Shown here in pieces: positions 25,733 to 38,595 of a DNA stretch of 64,000 nt. The notes under the pieces were generated by a model. It saw only the letters and a list, made by a program, of their open reading frames with translations. It did no database searches and was not told the origin of the DNA. Position numbers and translations under genes: made by a program. How positions within the stretch are numbered: the stretch's first letter is position 1; each line of letters opens with the position of its first letter. Source of the DNA: Camelus ferus (lineage: Eukaryota); the NCBI RefSeq assembly GCF_009834535.1, contig NC_045696.1, positions 95,978,001 through 96,042,000 of the forward strand, in the 5' to 3' direction.

Positions 25733-27596
25733 AATAAAAAATCTTGTCAAAATACAGCTCATCACTTTCCAGAAAATTACATTATTTGATAGTTAAGTAG
25801 CCAATCTGTGAGCAATCCACAATCCTTGGCTTGTGTCCCCCTTCTTTTCTGGCTAGATGCCTTTTGGCTATTTCACTCCATGGGAATATTTTCAGCCATG
25901 AGTAGTCAGGGGGAATAAAAAAGGTGAATATCGAATTAGTAATTTGGCCTGCTTATCATTAGTTCTTGGGAAGGTGTGATGGGGAAAACAGTGAAAATTA
26001 GGTTTGTGGGTTATTTGTCAGCCTCAATAATATCTTCATTTTACCTGTAATAGTCCCTGGATAATGTAAAATTAGTGTTACTGCTCAAGTGCCACCATTT
26101 TAAGCTCAACTTGTTTTTATTGAATAAGTCATGATATTCATTGATAATCATGGTAGATCATATTCATAGTCTTAACAGGTTTCATTCCAAAGGTCCCTGT
26201 TTAGTTTGTACATAATTGTATTTGTGCTGTTTTCATTTCGCAGCTGACACTTTTTGTATTATACAAGAATATATTTAGGACTTGGTACTTTGAGCTCAGA
26301 AAGTTTTCCATTTCAATCATAACTTCTAAACTGCAGAGGCAGCAATTTTGGAATAATTTGTACTAAATCTGTTATGCTCAGAGAATAAGTTTTCCTTGAA
26401 AGAAAGAAAAAGAACATGTATGTAAGTCTTAAATTGTGATAGAAAGTATGAATATTGTGTCCATTTTCTGAGCAAACTTCAACATATGCATTGGTGTTTT
26501 TTCTCCGTATGACAGTATGTGTAGTCAGACCAAGAGAATGTTTTTCCTCACCACACATACACTGAGTGTGCTCTCAAATGATTCTTTCTGTGCTTCTCAA
26601 AGCCCCCAGTGTTAAATTATGAAAAGTACTAGGCCCTTCCCAGAAGGCTGATGAAAAACACGTGGAATATTTTACCCTGAAATGTGGTTGCGATTTAATG
26701 GCACCGTGTTAAAGAAAATACAATTGTTAGACAAACCCTGCTAATGATCTTGTTTTGCCAGCAAACACTAGCATAGGTGTTTTCAGAGGTATAATATAAT
26801 TCATTACCACTGAGGAGCAAGACAGTTGTCATAAATGTAAGCTGTACTTTGGGCAGAATCTGTAGGCAAAGGATAAACTTTCTAGTATTTCCAATATTAA
26901 GGGATAATTACCTTGTGAGTACAATCAAATGTAGTGACAGTCAAGACCTGATTATTAAATACTGAACCAAAGAGAATTACATCCCTGAGTTATATTTGTT
27001 ACTTGCTCATAAAATCACCCTCAGTTTTCCATAAACAAGTTAAAAAGCCATCACTAAACAATATGGGGCGGGGTGGGGTAAAAGTACAAGTTTTTGGTTA
27101 CTTGCATTAGTAAGACTGCCTTTATGATTACTTCTTGCTGCAGTTGGTGTTTTAGTAGGAATTTGAAGCCATTCTCATTCAAGATTTGCCTAAGCTTTCT
27201 GTACATATCCACTCCCCTCTACCCACCCTATCTTCCTCCCCAACATGTTAGAAAATTCTAGCTAAATCATTATCTGTTCTTTTTTCTTTATTTCATAAAA
27301 TAGAGCATTTTAGAATTAAAGTTAAACTAGTATTTATATCAACCAAAATAATACTTTTGAGAACCTGGAATTCTGGGTCTTTTTCCAAGGAATAGAACTT
27401 TATAAGGTACTTTGGAGAAGCTGAGTTATAGTTGTGGTACCTTAAAGCTGCTAAATTAGAAAATTCTCAGTGTTTTTTTTTTCTTTTTCATGAAGTATTA
27501 ATTTATTAAACATTAGTAATAACTTAGGCTCAGAGTTGCAATATAAATTCTGGTTTTTTGTCTCTCTTTCTTTATACTGCTCCCTTAGTTGTACTA

Positions 27597-28115
27597 TGTT
27601 TTAGTCTTCTATTGCTGTGTAACAAATTACCTCCCAAATTGTAATGGCTTAAAGCAACACACATTTATCATTTCACAGTTTCTTTTGTGTGTGTGTGTAC
27701 AGCGTAATAGTTTATTCATAATATACATACATATATTCATTTTCATATTCTTTTTCATTATAGGTTACTGTAAGATACTGAATATAGTTCCCTGTGCTAT
27801 ACAGTATAAACTTGTTTTTTTAGCACCTCACAATTTCTGTGAATCAGCAGTTTGGAGGCCATGTAGCTGGGAAACTCTGACTTAGGGTCTCTCATTGGGC
27901 TGCAGTCAAGATGTTGGATGGAGCTGCTTCATCTTAAGGGAGGCAGGATCTGACTGGGGTTGGAGGATCTACTTCTAAATTCACTGTCATGGCTGTTGAC
28001 AAAAGATTTTATTTCCAGTTGCCAGAGACCTCAATTCCTCACTATATGAGTCTCTCCAAAGAGTTACTTGAATGTCCTTCTGATGGGGCAGATGGCTTCC
28101 CAAAGACAGAATGAA
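27597..28115 (-). mobile_element. MLT1-type LTR interrupted by a short L1 3'UTR fragment (~27684-27822)
   Basis: tgttttagtcttctattgctgtgtaacaaattacc is the reverse of an MLT1 3' end. The insert is flanked by a degenerate tcacagtttct / tcacaatttct duplication. Confidence 0.65.
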
Positions 28116-30475
28116 GGAAGTCCCCCTTTTTTTTGTTTTTCTCCTTTCTTCTTCTGTTTCACTCTACAAGTGAGCCCCAGATGGTCAGCAGCACTGCCAT
28201 AACAAAAGTGGTGGCACAGAGGCCTAAAACCCTGAGAGATGATCTCACTCTGGTCAGAGGATCCATGAAAGGTACCCCTGTGGTGAGATGATTGTGGGGA
28301 GAAATCCTATTTGTTTTTCCTTCTAATTCACTGCTTTGCCCTGAGAGCAGCCCCAATCTCATAGAATTATGACAGTGATAGGAGCTAAAACTGTGAGAGA
28401 AAGCCATTTTTCTTTTCAGAGAAATTGAGAAATGGAACCTCTGAGGTCTAGAAAGTGAGGGAAAATTTATAAGAGGAGAGACAGAGAAGCACATCCCATA
28501 ATTCTGCGTATGAACTGACACAAATCTCAGGCTTAACATTATAAGTTGGTTACATAAGTGGAACGGACACAAAATAAGCATTGCAAATCTTTTGAGAACT
28601 CTGTTATTGCATAAAATGCACCATGTTCCAGACTAACCCCTGAGTGAAAGACACAAACATTATGACAAAGAGTTTAAAGAACTGAATTCACATTGGAACC
28701 AATACCTACAGAAACACAAAACTTGAAGTCAGAACCTACATGCCTGGATTTCCTGTCAATCAAAGCAGTACTCTCCTAAGGATTTTAATGGGGCCCAGAA
28801 ATCTCCTAAGTGTCCACAGTAACATTCAAAATTATGACGTAACATTTTTACAAACAGAACATATGACCAATTCTCAATGGAAAAACCAGTCAACAGACAG
28901 AAACTCTGAGATTTCTCAAATGTTGGAAGCATTAGACATAGACTTTGAAGTGCCAGAGGTAAATCTAAACACTGTTCAAGTAGATGGAAATATAAAATTT
29001 CTAGGCATAGAGATAAAAATAAAAAATATTTAAAAAATCTTAACTAAAATGATACTGAGATTAAAAACTTTCACAGCTATCCTAAAAGCAGAATGGAGAT
29101 GACAAAAGAAAACATCCATGGACTTGAAAGTAGTAAAATAAAAATTACCCATTCTGAAGAACAGAGTGAAAAAATTAGCAACTTGTGGGAGAATGACAAA
29201 ATGTCTAAAATTTGTGTCAGTGGAGTCCTGGAAGAGAAAACATGAATTGATGTGGGAGAAGAATGGCTAAAAATGTCCCAAGTTTAATAAAAGACATAAA
29301 TTTTCAGATTCAAGAAGCTCATCAAATTCTAAACATAATAAACATAAAGAAAACCATGCTCAGACATATCTTAATAAAACTGCTGAACACCAAAGATAAA
29401 ATTTCATGAAAACAGCCAAAGAAAAACAAAATATTACTTGTAAGGGAACAAGTATTTAAATAACTTCAGATTTTTTTGTCAGAAGCCATGGAAGCTAGAA
29501 GACAGAAGCAAAACATCACTAAATTGCTGGAAAAACTGTCAACGGTTTTATATCAACTTCTATACCAAGAGAAAATATCATTCAAGGATAAAAACATCCT
29601 CAGAAGAAGGAAGACTAAACTATTTTCCAACATATTTTCTCTAAAAGAAATACCACAGGAAATTCCTCAAGCTGAAGGAAAATTATGAAAAAGCAAACTT
29701 GGAACTTCAAGAATGAAAGAAAAACAAATAGTAAATATCAAGGTAAATAAACTTTTTTCTCCTTCCATTTTTTTCAATATGAATGACTACTGAAAATTAA
29801 AATAGTAACATTTGCTGTTGGGGTTTTTAGTGTTTGTAGATGAAATATATAGAACTATAACATAAGAGGTAGTAGAAATTATGATGCTTTTACATTTTAT
29901 TTGAAATTGAAAAATTATAACTTTAAGAAGGCTGTGAGAGGTAAGATATATGTAGTATGTGTATTGTACGTATATGTATGTATATGAGTGTGTGTGTATA
30001 TATATAAAGCATATATATGGTATAATCCCTAGATAAGATACTAAAAACATAGTAGAAAAGGTATAGACAAAAATCCAGTAGATAGATTTTAATTTTTTTA
30101 TTTCAATTTAACAAAATGCATAAAAATTGAAAGAGAAACAAAAAAAGGAGACAGAAAGCAAATAATAAAATGGTGAATCTAACTATACCAATGTAAATGG
30201 TCTAAACATTTTTAGTGAAAAAGATTGTCAGACTGGCTATATTTAATGATATATTTAGTTTAAATTTAATGATACAGGTAAGTTAAAAGCATGGAAATTG
30301 TATACCATGCAACCACTAATCAAAAGAAATCTATAGTGGCTATATTAATATCAGACAAAGATTTCAAGGCAAAGAAAATTACCAGGGGTAGAGAGGAGCA
30401 TTGGATAATGTTAAAAAGGTCTATTCACCAAGAAGGCATAACAATTCTAAATATGCATGTACTTACCCTTGATGT

Positions 30476-31148
30476 TGTGGTAGGCGGAATTCCAGGATGA
30501 CCCTCCTTGTCCCCCTATCTGGTGTACACACCCTGTATAATCCTTTCTTTCCAAGTGTGGGCAGGACCTGCAACTGTATTAGGGTATCACTCCTAGAATT
30601 AAATTATATTATCTGGCAAAGAAGAAGAGATTTGGCAGATGTAATTAAGTTTTCCAAATCAATTTTGGCTCTGTTAGTCAAAAGGAAGATTTTCCTTTGT
30701 GGGCCTGATTTAGTCAGGAAAAACTCCTTAAAGGTGTTTGGTCTCTTTGTGAAGAAATAAATTCTCCTTCTGGCTTTGAAAGAAGTATGCTGCCATGCTG
30801 TGAGAGGGTCTGTGAAAGTGCTGCATGGAAGAAGCTGTGGGAGCTTCTATGAGTTGAGAGTAATACCTAGTCAGTAGCCAGCAAGAATACTGGGACCTCA
30901 GATACGTAAAATTAAGGAACTAAGTTATGCCAATAACCTAAGTGATCTTGGAAGAAGATCTTGAATCTCAGATGCTGTCACTGACTTAGTTAACATCTTG
31001 ATTTCAGCCTTGTGGGACCCTGAACAGAGGATACAGCTAAGCTAGGCCTGGACTCCTGACCCATAAAAACTGGGAAACAATAAATGGGTGTTATTTTAAG
31101 CTGATAATATTGTTATCATTTGTTGCACAACAATAGAAAACTAATACA
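30476..31148 (+). mobile_element. MLT1E-like MaLR solo LTR
   Basis: Starts TGTGGTAGGCGGAATTC and ends CAATAGAAAACTAATACA; interrupts the host L1 endonuclease region. Confidence 0.8.
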
Positions 31149-33079
31149 AGAGCTTCAGAATGCAAGAAGTAAAAACTTAGAACTGGAAGAAGGAATAGCA
31201 AATCCAGAATTCTAGTTGGAGATTTCAACACTGCTCTCTGAATAAACAATAAAACAAGAAGAAAATCAGCAAGGATATGGAAGGCCTGAACACCATCAAC
31301 CAACTCAAACTGAGTTACATTTATAGAAGAGTACTCTCCCGAGCAATAGCAGAATATGCATTCTTGTCAATTGCACATGAAACATTTACATAAAAGAAGA
31401 TTCTGGGCCATAAAAACTAGTCTTAATAAATTAAAAAGGCTTGTAATTATATAAAATATGTTTCACGACCATAACAGAATTATACTAGGAACAAAGACAG
31501 ACAACTGGAAAATCCCCAAAGATTTGGAAATGAACGATACTTACAAATAACTCATGAGTTAAAGAGGGACTTTCAAGGGAAATTAGAAAATGTTTAACAA
31601 AATGAAAATATAACTTATTAAAATTCTAGCTAAAGCAGAGTTTACAGGGAAATTTATAGCAGTGAAGACTTATATTACACCAAAAAAAAATAGTCTCAAA
31701 TCAATAACCTAAGCTTTACTTTGAATAACTAGAAAATGAAGAGCAAATTAAGCCCAAAGTAAGTAGAAAGAAGGAAATAATAAAAAGCGGAAAGCAATGA
31801 AATTAAATACAGGACTATAATATAGAAAATTGGTGAGACCAAAAGCTAGTTTTTTGGAAAAAAAATCAATACAATTGATAAAAATTTACCCAAACTGACC
31901 AAGGAAAAACATACAAACTACAAAAACCCAAAATGTAAAAGACATCACTGCAGATAGAGATGTTTAAAAAACAGTGAGAAAATACAATGAAGAACAAAAC
32001 TCTGCCCATAAATTTGATAATTTAGAGAAAATGAACAAATTCCTTAAGATAAAAATATTATCAGTTCTATTCAACCTCTTCCAGAAAATAGAAGAGAAGA
32101 GAAAACTTCTCGACTCATTTTATGAAACCAGTATAACCCTGATACCAAAATCACACAAAGGCAATAAAATAAAAGAAAGCTTCAAACGAATATAGCACAT
32201 GAATATAGACACAAAATTCTGAAACCAATATTAATTAAAAGCACCAATAATTATAAAATGATAAAACATCTAAAACATCGTGGCCATTTGGGGTTTATAA
32301 AGGGAATGAAAATCTAGTTCAGCATTTGAAAATCAGTTGTATTGACTGACTGAAAAAGAAAGCCACAAGATTATTTCAATAAATACAAAAAAATGCATTT
32401 GACAAAGTTCAGCTACATTCATCCACAATAAAAACTCTTAGCAAACTAAGAATGGAAAAACTTTCCTAATCTGATGAAGGGTAGCTGCAAAAAAGAAAAT
32501 CTTTTAGCTAACTTCATATTTAATCATGAAAGACCAAAAAGCTTTATAAGATCTGGAACAAGAAAAAACATTCACTGTTTCCATTCCTCTTCTATATTGA
32601 TTTATAAGCCCAAACCAGCACAGTATTGCAAAAGAAAAAATATAATAAGTTGCCTACAAATAGGAAAAGAAAATATCTTTAATCACAATTGACATGAATA
32701 TTGATATAGAAAATCTTAAGGAATCTACAAAAATCCCAGGCATCGTGTCATTCCATGCACCCATATTTTACAATATTGCTAAGAGATAAAGATTTATTAA
32801 AAAAAAAAACCCTCTGTTCTTCAGGAAAAAAACCCAAAAAAACTATTAAAATGAAAAGTCAAGTTTTCCATTTGTAAAACACATATCTTACAAAAGGCTT
32901 ATATCCAGAATATATCAAGTAGTCTCAAGACTCAAGAATAAGAAACAACCCAATTTTTTAAATGGGCAGAATACTAAACAGATAGTTCATCAAATATATA
33001 TAGAGAGAAGGCAAATAAGCATGTTAAAGATGCTCAGCCTCATTAGTTATTAGGAAAATGCAAAATAAACCAGCAATGA

Positions 33080-35510
33080 TTTCCTTCAGAAGTTTTATGG
33101 TATCCTAACTTACATTTAGGCCTTTAATCCATTTTGAGTTTTTTTATATAGTGTTAGAGAATGTTCTAATTTCATTCTTTTACATGTAGTTGTGCAGTTT
33201 CCCCAGCACCACTTATTGAAAAGACTGTCTTTTCTCCATTGTATATTCTTACCTTCTTTGTTGTAGATTAATTGACCATAAGTGCATGGGTTTATTTCTG
33301 GACTGTCTATCCTGTTCCATTGATCTATGTGTTTGTTTTTGTGCCAGTACCATACTGCTTTGATTACCATAGCTTGTAGTCTAGTCTAAAGTCAGGATGC
33401 ATGAGTCGTCCAGCTCTGTTCTTTCTCAAGATTGCTTTGGCTATTCAGGGTCTTTTTGTGTTCCTATATAAATTAAGAATTTTTTGTTCCTGTTCTGTAA
33501 AAAATGTCATTGGCAGTTTGATAGGGATTGCATTGAATCTGTATAGTGTCTTAAAACTCCTAGAGGAAAACATAGGCAGAACACTCTTTGATATAAATTT
33601 CAGCAATATTTTTTTCAAACCAGCTGCTAGAGTAATGGAAATAAAAGCAAAAATAAACAAATAGAACCTAATTACTTTTTTTTTTTACTTTTTTTTATTG
33701 AAGTGTAGTCAGTTTACAGTGCTATGTCAATTTCTGGTGTAGAGCACAATGCTTCAGTCATACATGAATATACATATATTCATTTTCATACTTTTTCACT
33801 GTAAGCTACTACAAGATATCGAATGTAGTTCCCTGTGCTATACAATATAAACTTGTTTATCTATTTGGTATATACCAGTCAGTATCTGCAAATCAAGAAG
33901 CTCCCAATTTATGCCTTCCCACCCCCTTCCCTCCAGTAACCATAAGTTTGTTTACTATGTTTGTGAGTCTGTTTCTGCTTTATAAATAAGTTCATTTGTC
34001 TTTTTTTTTTTTTTTTTTTTAGATTCCGCATATGAGTGATACCATATGGTATTTTTCTTTCTCTTTCTGGCTTACTTCACTTAGAATGACATTCTTCAGA
34101 GCCATCCATGTTGCTGCAAATGGCATTTTTTATGGCATTTTTATAGTATTCTATTGTATAAAACTTTTTTATCCAATCACCTGTCGATGGACATTTAGGT
34201 TGTTTCCGTGTCTTGGCTATTGTAAATAGTGCTGCTATGAACATTGGGGTCCAGGTTTCTTTTTGAATTAAGGTTCCCTCTGGATATATGCCCAGGAGTA
34301 GGATTGCTGGATCATATGGTAAATCTATTCCTAGTCTTTGAGGAATCTCCATACTGTTTTCCACAATGGCTGCACCAACCTGGATTCCCACCAGCAGTGT
34401 AGGAGGGTTCCCTTTTCTCCACACCCTCATCAGCATTTACTGTTTGTGGACTTTTGAATGATGGCCACTGTGGCTGGTGTGAGGTGATACCTCATTATAG
34501 TTTTGATTTGCATTTTCCTGATAACTAGCAATATTGAGCATTTTGTCATGTGCCTATTGGCCATTCATATGTCTTCATTGGGAAATTGCTTATTTAGGTC
34601 TTCTGCTCATTTTTGGATTGGGTTGTTTGTTTTTTCTTATTAAGTTGTATGAGCTGTTTATATATTCTAGAAATTAAGCCCTTGTCAGCCTCACCTTTTG
34701 CAAATATTATCTCCCTTTCTGTAGGTTGTCATTTTGTTTCACTTATGGTTTCCTTTGCTGTGCAAAAAGCTTGTAAGTTTTAATTAGGTCCCATTTGTTT
34801 ATTTTTGCTTCTATTTCTATTGCTTGGATAGACTGCCCTAGGAGAATATTGCTGAGATGTATGTCAGATAATATTTTGCCTGTGTTTTCTTGTAGGATAT
34901 TTATGGTGTCTTGTCTTATGTTTAAGTCTTGAAGCCACTTTGTGTTTATTTTTGTATATGGTGTGAGGGAGTGTTCTAACTTCATTGATTTACAGGCAGC
35001 TGTCCAGTTTTCCTAACACAAATGGAACCTAATATATATATATATATATATATATGAATATTAGTCAGCCATAAAAAAGAATGAAATAATGCCATTTGCA
35101 GCAACATGAATGGACCTAGAGATTATCATATTGAGTGAAGTAAGTCAGACAAAGTCAAATATATCACTTATATGTGGAATCTAAAAAAAGATACAAATTT
35201 TACTTACAAACCAGAAATACACTCACAGGCACAGAAAACAAACTATGGTTACCAAAGGAGAAAGGGTAGGGAGGGATAAATTAGGGGTTGGGGATTAATA
35301 GGCACACATTACTATATACAAAATAAATAAACAACAAGGACCTACTGTATAGCACAGGAAACTATATTCAATTTCTTGTAATAACATGTAGTGGAAAAGA
35401 ATCTGAAAAGAAAAATATGTATGTATGTGTATGTTTAACTGAATCACTTTGCTGTACACCTGAAACTAACATTGTAAATCAACCATACTTCAATAAAAAA
35501 TTAAAAAAAA
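33080..35510 (+). mobile_element. 5'-inverted (twin-primed) L1, itself interrupted by a younger L1
   Basis: Minus-strand ORF2 piece 33080-33548 ([18 protein letters not shown]) joins plus-strand [15 protein letters not shown] from ~33551. 3'UTR and poly-A at 35055-35510. Confidence 0.75.
33673..35017 (-). mobile_element. Younger 5'-truncated L1 (~1.35 kb)
   Basis: Poly-T at the left end. ORF2 C-terminal remnant DLPYDPAILLLGIYP...PMFIAALFTIAKT. TSD ACAAAT(A/G)GAACCTAAT at 33657-33672 and 35018-35033. Confidence 0.88.
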
Positions 35511-35959
35511 ACACAATTTCACTACTTAATAAGATTTCATTTATTAGAATAGCTCACTTAAGAAAATAACACAAGTGCTGCTGAAGATGCAGAGCAACTA
35601 GAACTGTCAAATATTGCTGGTAAGAATGCAAAATGGTACAGCCTCCTTGGAGAATATTTTAGGAGTTTCTTGTAAAATTAAAAACATACTTATCATATGA
35701 TTTCCTAGTAGTTAAGAAAAGTTAATATTTTTTTTCACAAAAACCTGTTCTTGAGTGTTTATAGCAGCTTTATTCATAATTGCCAGAAACTAAAAACAAC
35801 AAAATATGCTTCAGCTGGTGAGTAACTAACTGGGCTCATCACACAATAGGTTATTGTTAACCAGCAAGAGAAACAAACTACTGATGCAGTCAACAGCATG
35901 GATAAATCTTGAATTCATTATGCTGCGTGAAAGAAGCCAGACTCAAAAGACTGTAATTC

Positions 35960-38595
35960 AGTTTGAATTGACTTTTTTTGTAAAGTGTTAGGTAGAGGTC
36001 AAATTTTATATGTTTTATCTGTATAGCTAAACATTTGTCCCAGTCAATTTATTGAATAGTCTATCAGTGCCACCACGAATGTCATAAATCAAGTTTCTAC
36101 ATTGCTTGAGTTTGTTACAGATACTCTATTAAACTTCTACTAATAATTGCTCCTGGGCCAATATTGCACTGTCCTATTTAATATTTACTACCTTCCTATT
36201 TATATTTTATTTAATATAGTTCAGTTGTTTCATACTTCCTTCTCAAAAGTTTTATACGTCTTCATTAAATTTGTTCTCAGGTTTTTATATATTTGATGGA
36301 TTACTTTTTAGAAATTACATTTTAAAATTGATGTTTGATTATATATAACAAAACAATTTATTTTCATGTGAATTTTGTATCTGGGAAACTTTCTAAACAC
36401 ATGATTAATACTAATGATTTATCTGGAACCTGTATTTTTGAGGTAGACAATTTTGTTACCTGAGATTAATGAAGGGTTTGTTTTTTCTTTCCAAATCCTA
36501 CTGCCCCACACCAATATACACATATATATACAAATATATATAAATTTGCTTTTCTGCACTAGCTAAACATTGAAAAGAAAGTAAGGATAATGAATATCAT
36601 TGCCTGTTCCTGACTTTAAAGAGACAGCTTCAACACTTCACCGTCAAGTAAGATGTTTGCTGTAGGTTTTTGTAGAATGGTTTATCAAGGTAAAGAAGTT
36701 TCCTTTTATTTCTAGTTTGCTAATTTTTTTTAAGTCATGACTGATTGTTGGATGTTTTCTTTTGTTCCTGTATTGAGATAATTGGATTCCTCGTCTCCTT
36801 TAATAAATTAATATTTCAGTGTAATTATTGACTTAATTTTCTAATGTTAAATTCAAATTGAGTTTGTAGGATAAATCCAACTCAGTCCTGATGTATCAAC
36901 TTTTAATTTTTATACATTAGTTGATCCAGGTATTTGTTTAATTTTGCATAAATGTTCATGAGAGATGATGACCTATAATCTTATATTGTCCTCGTTGAGT
37001 TTGATGTTAAAGTTAAATTAATTTTATAAAATAGTGGAATTTTTCCTCTCTTTTCTGCACTCTGTAATAGTGTATTTATAGCTACAGTATCTTTTGGTAA
37101 AACCGTCATGGTCTGATGTTTTCTTTGAGAAAATTTTAAAATTAATTGTATTTTTTAAATTATTACATTATTTAGGCTTTCTATTTTAATTTGACTCCAT
37201 TTTGATAAAGTGCATATTTTCTATGTATAATAGATTTCTATCAACATTTGCAATTTATAGAATTATTACTGTCAAGATATTCAGCAAACTATTAATTTTT
37301 TTGTTTTAAAATTTTATTTTAAATTTTATACGGAATAAAATAACTTTTCACCTTATATAGTTGTATAAGTTTTAACAAACGGAGTTGTGTAACCACCACC
37401 ACAATCTAGCTTTAGAACAGTTCCACTACACCCAAAAAATCACTTATGCTGCCCCATTGCAGTCAACTCCTTCCTACCAGCTCTTACCACTAACAACCAC
37501 TAATCTATTATTCATCTCTACATTTTTGCCTTTTCCAGAATGTCACGAAAATTAAATTACATTTGATTTTGAGTTTGGCACCTTTTACTGAGCAGAATGC
37601 ATTTGAGATTCATCCATGTTGTTGTGTGTATCAGTAGTTCATTTGTTTATATTACTGAGCAGTTGGCCACTGTATGGATGTTCCAGTTTGTTTATTCACC
37701 CATTAGTTGAAGGACTTTTGGGTTGTTTCTAGTTTTTTTATACAGTTCAGATTCTTTGTTTTTAACTTTTTATTTTCTAATAATTTTAGGTGTACAGAGA
37801 GTTGCAAAAATGTTTCAGGGAATTCTCATATCCTTTATTCAACTTCCCCTATGTGACTATGGTACACTCATCAACACTAAAAATTAATAAACAGTACTAT
37901 AAATTACAGATGTTATTCACATTTTCCCAGATTTTCTATTAATGTTATTTTTCTGTTCCAAGTTTGTATCTAGGATACTAGGTTGCATTTAGTCATCATG
38001 TCTCCTTAGTCTCCTCTAATCTGTGGTGGTTTCTCAGTCTTTCCATGTCTCCCAGGACCTAAACACTTGTGAAGCATACTCATCAGGTATTTTGTAGAAT
38101 GTCCCTCTGTTTGGACTTGGCTGGTCTTTCCTTGTTATTAGACTTGGGCCTTTTGAGAAGAACATCAGAGAACAAAAGTATCGTATTGGGGATTACATGC
38201 TATCAACATAGCATCACTGCTGATGTTAACCTTGATCGTTTGATTATGGTGGTGTCTGCCAGGTTTCTCTACTGTAAAGTTACTACTTTTTTCTTTCCAT
38301 TCTCTATCCATTAGAAGTGCTTAAATCCAGCTCACACTCAAGGGTAAAGGAATTAAGTTTCATCTCCTGGAGAAAGGAAAATCAAGGAATTTGTGGAAAT
38401 GTTATAAAAGCACTAGAGTAATTCATAAATATTTTCAGGAAAGTTACTGGAGGCTATGTGAATATATTGTTCCTCTTTGAAATATCATCCACTAATTTTA
38501 GCATTCATCAATGGAATTTTCCTGTGGCAGTTATTAACATGATTTTTAATGTTGATTTTTATTTTTCCCATTCTTTTTACATATGTTAATTGTCC
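35960..38595 (-). mobile_element. Stack of old L1M (L1MC/MD/ME-like) fragments
   Basis: Antisense ORF2 and 3'UTR motifs, e.g. gttgtgtaaccaccaccacaatc and agagttgcaaaaat...aattctcatatcc. Confidence 0.65.

Larger units (their letters stand above)
28130..35955 (+). mobile_element. Old, heavily decayed LINE-1 (L1M-type) hosting nested MLT1 and younger L1 insertions
   Basis: A-rich sense strand. ORF2 remnants IYHATTNQKKSIVAILISDKDFKAKKITR (30291) and LFQKIEEKRKLLDSFYETSITLIPK (31974). ORF1-like sequence at 28900-29700. Confidence 0.85.
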
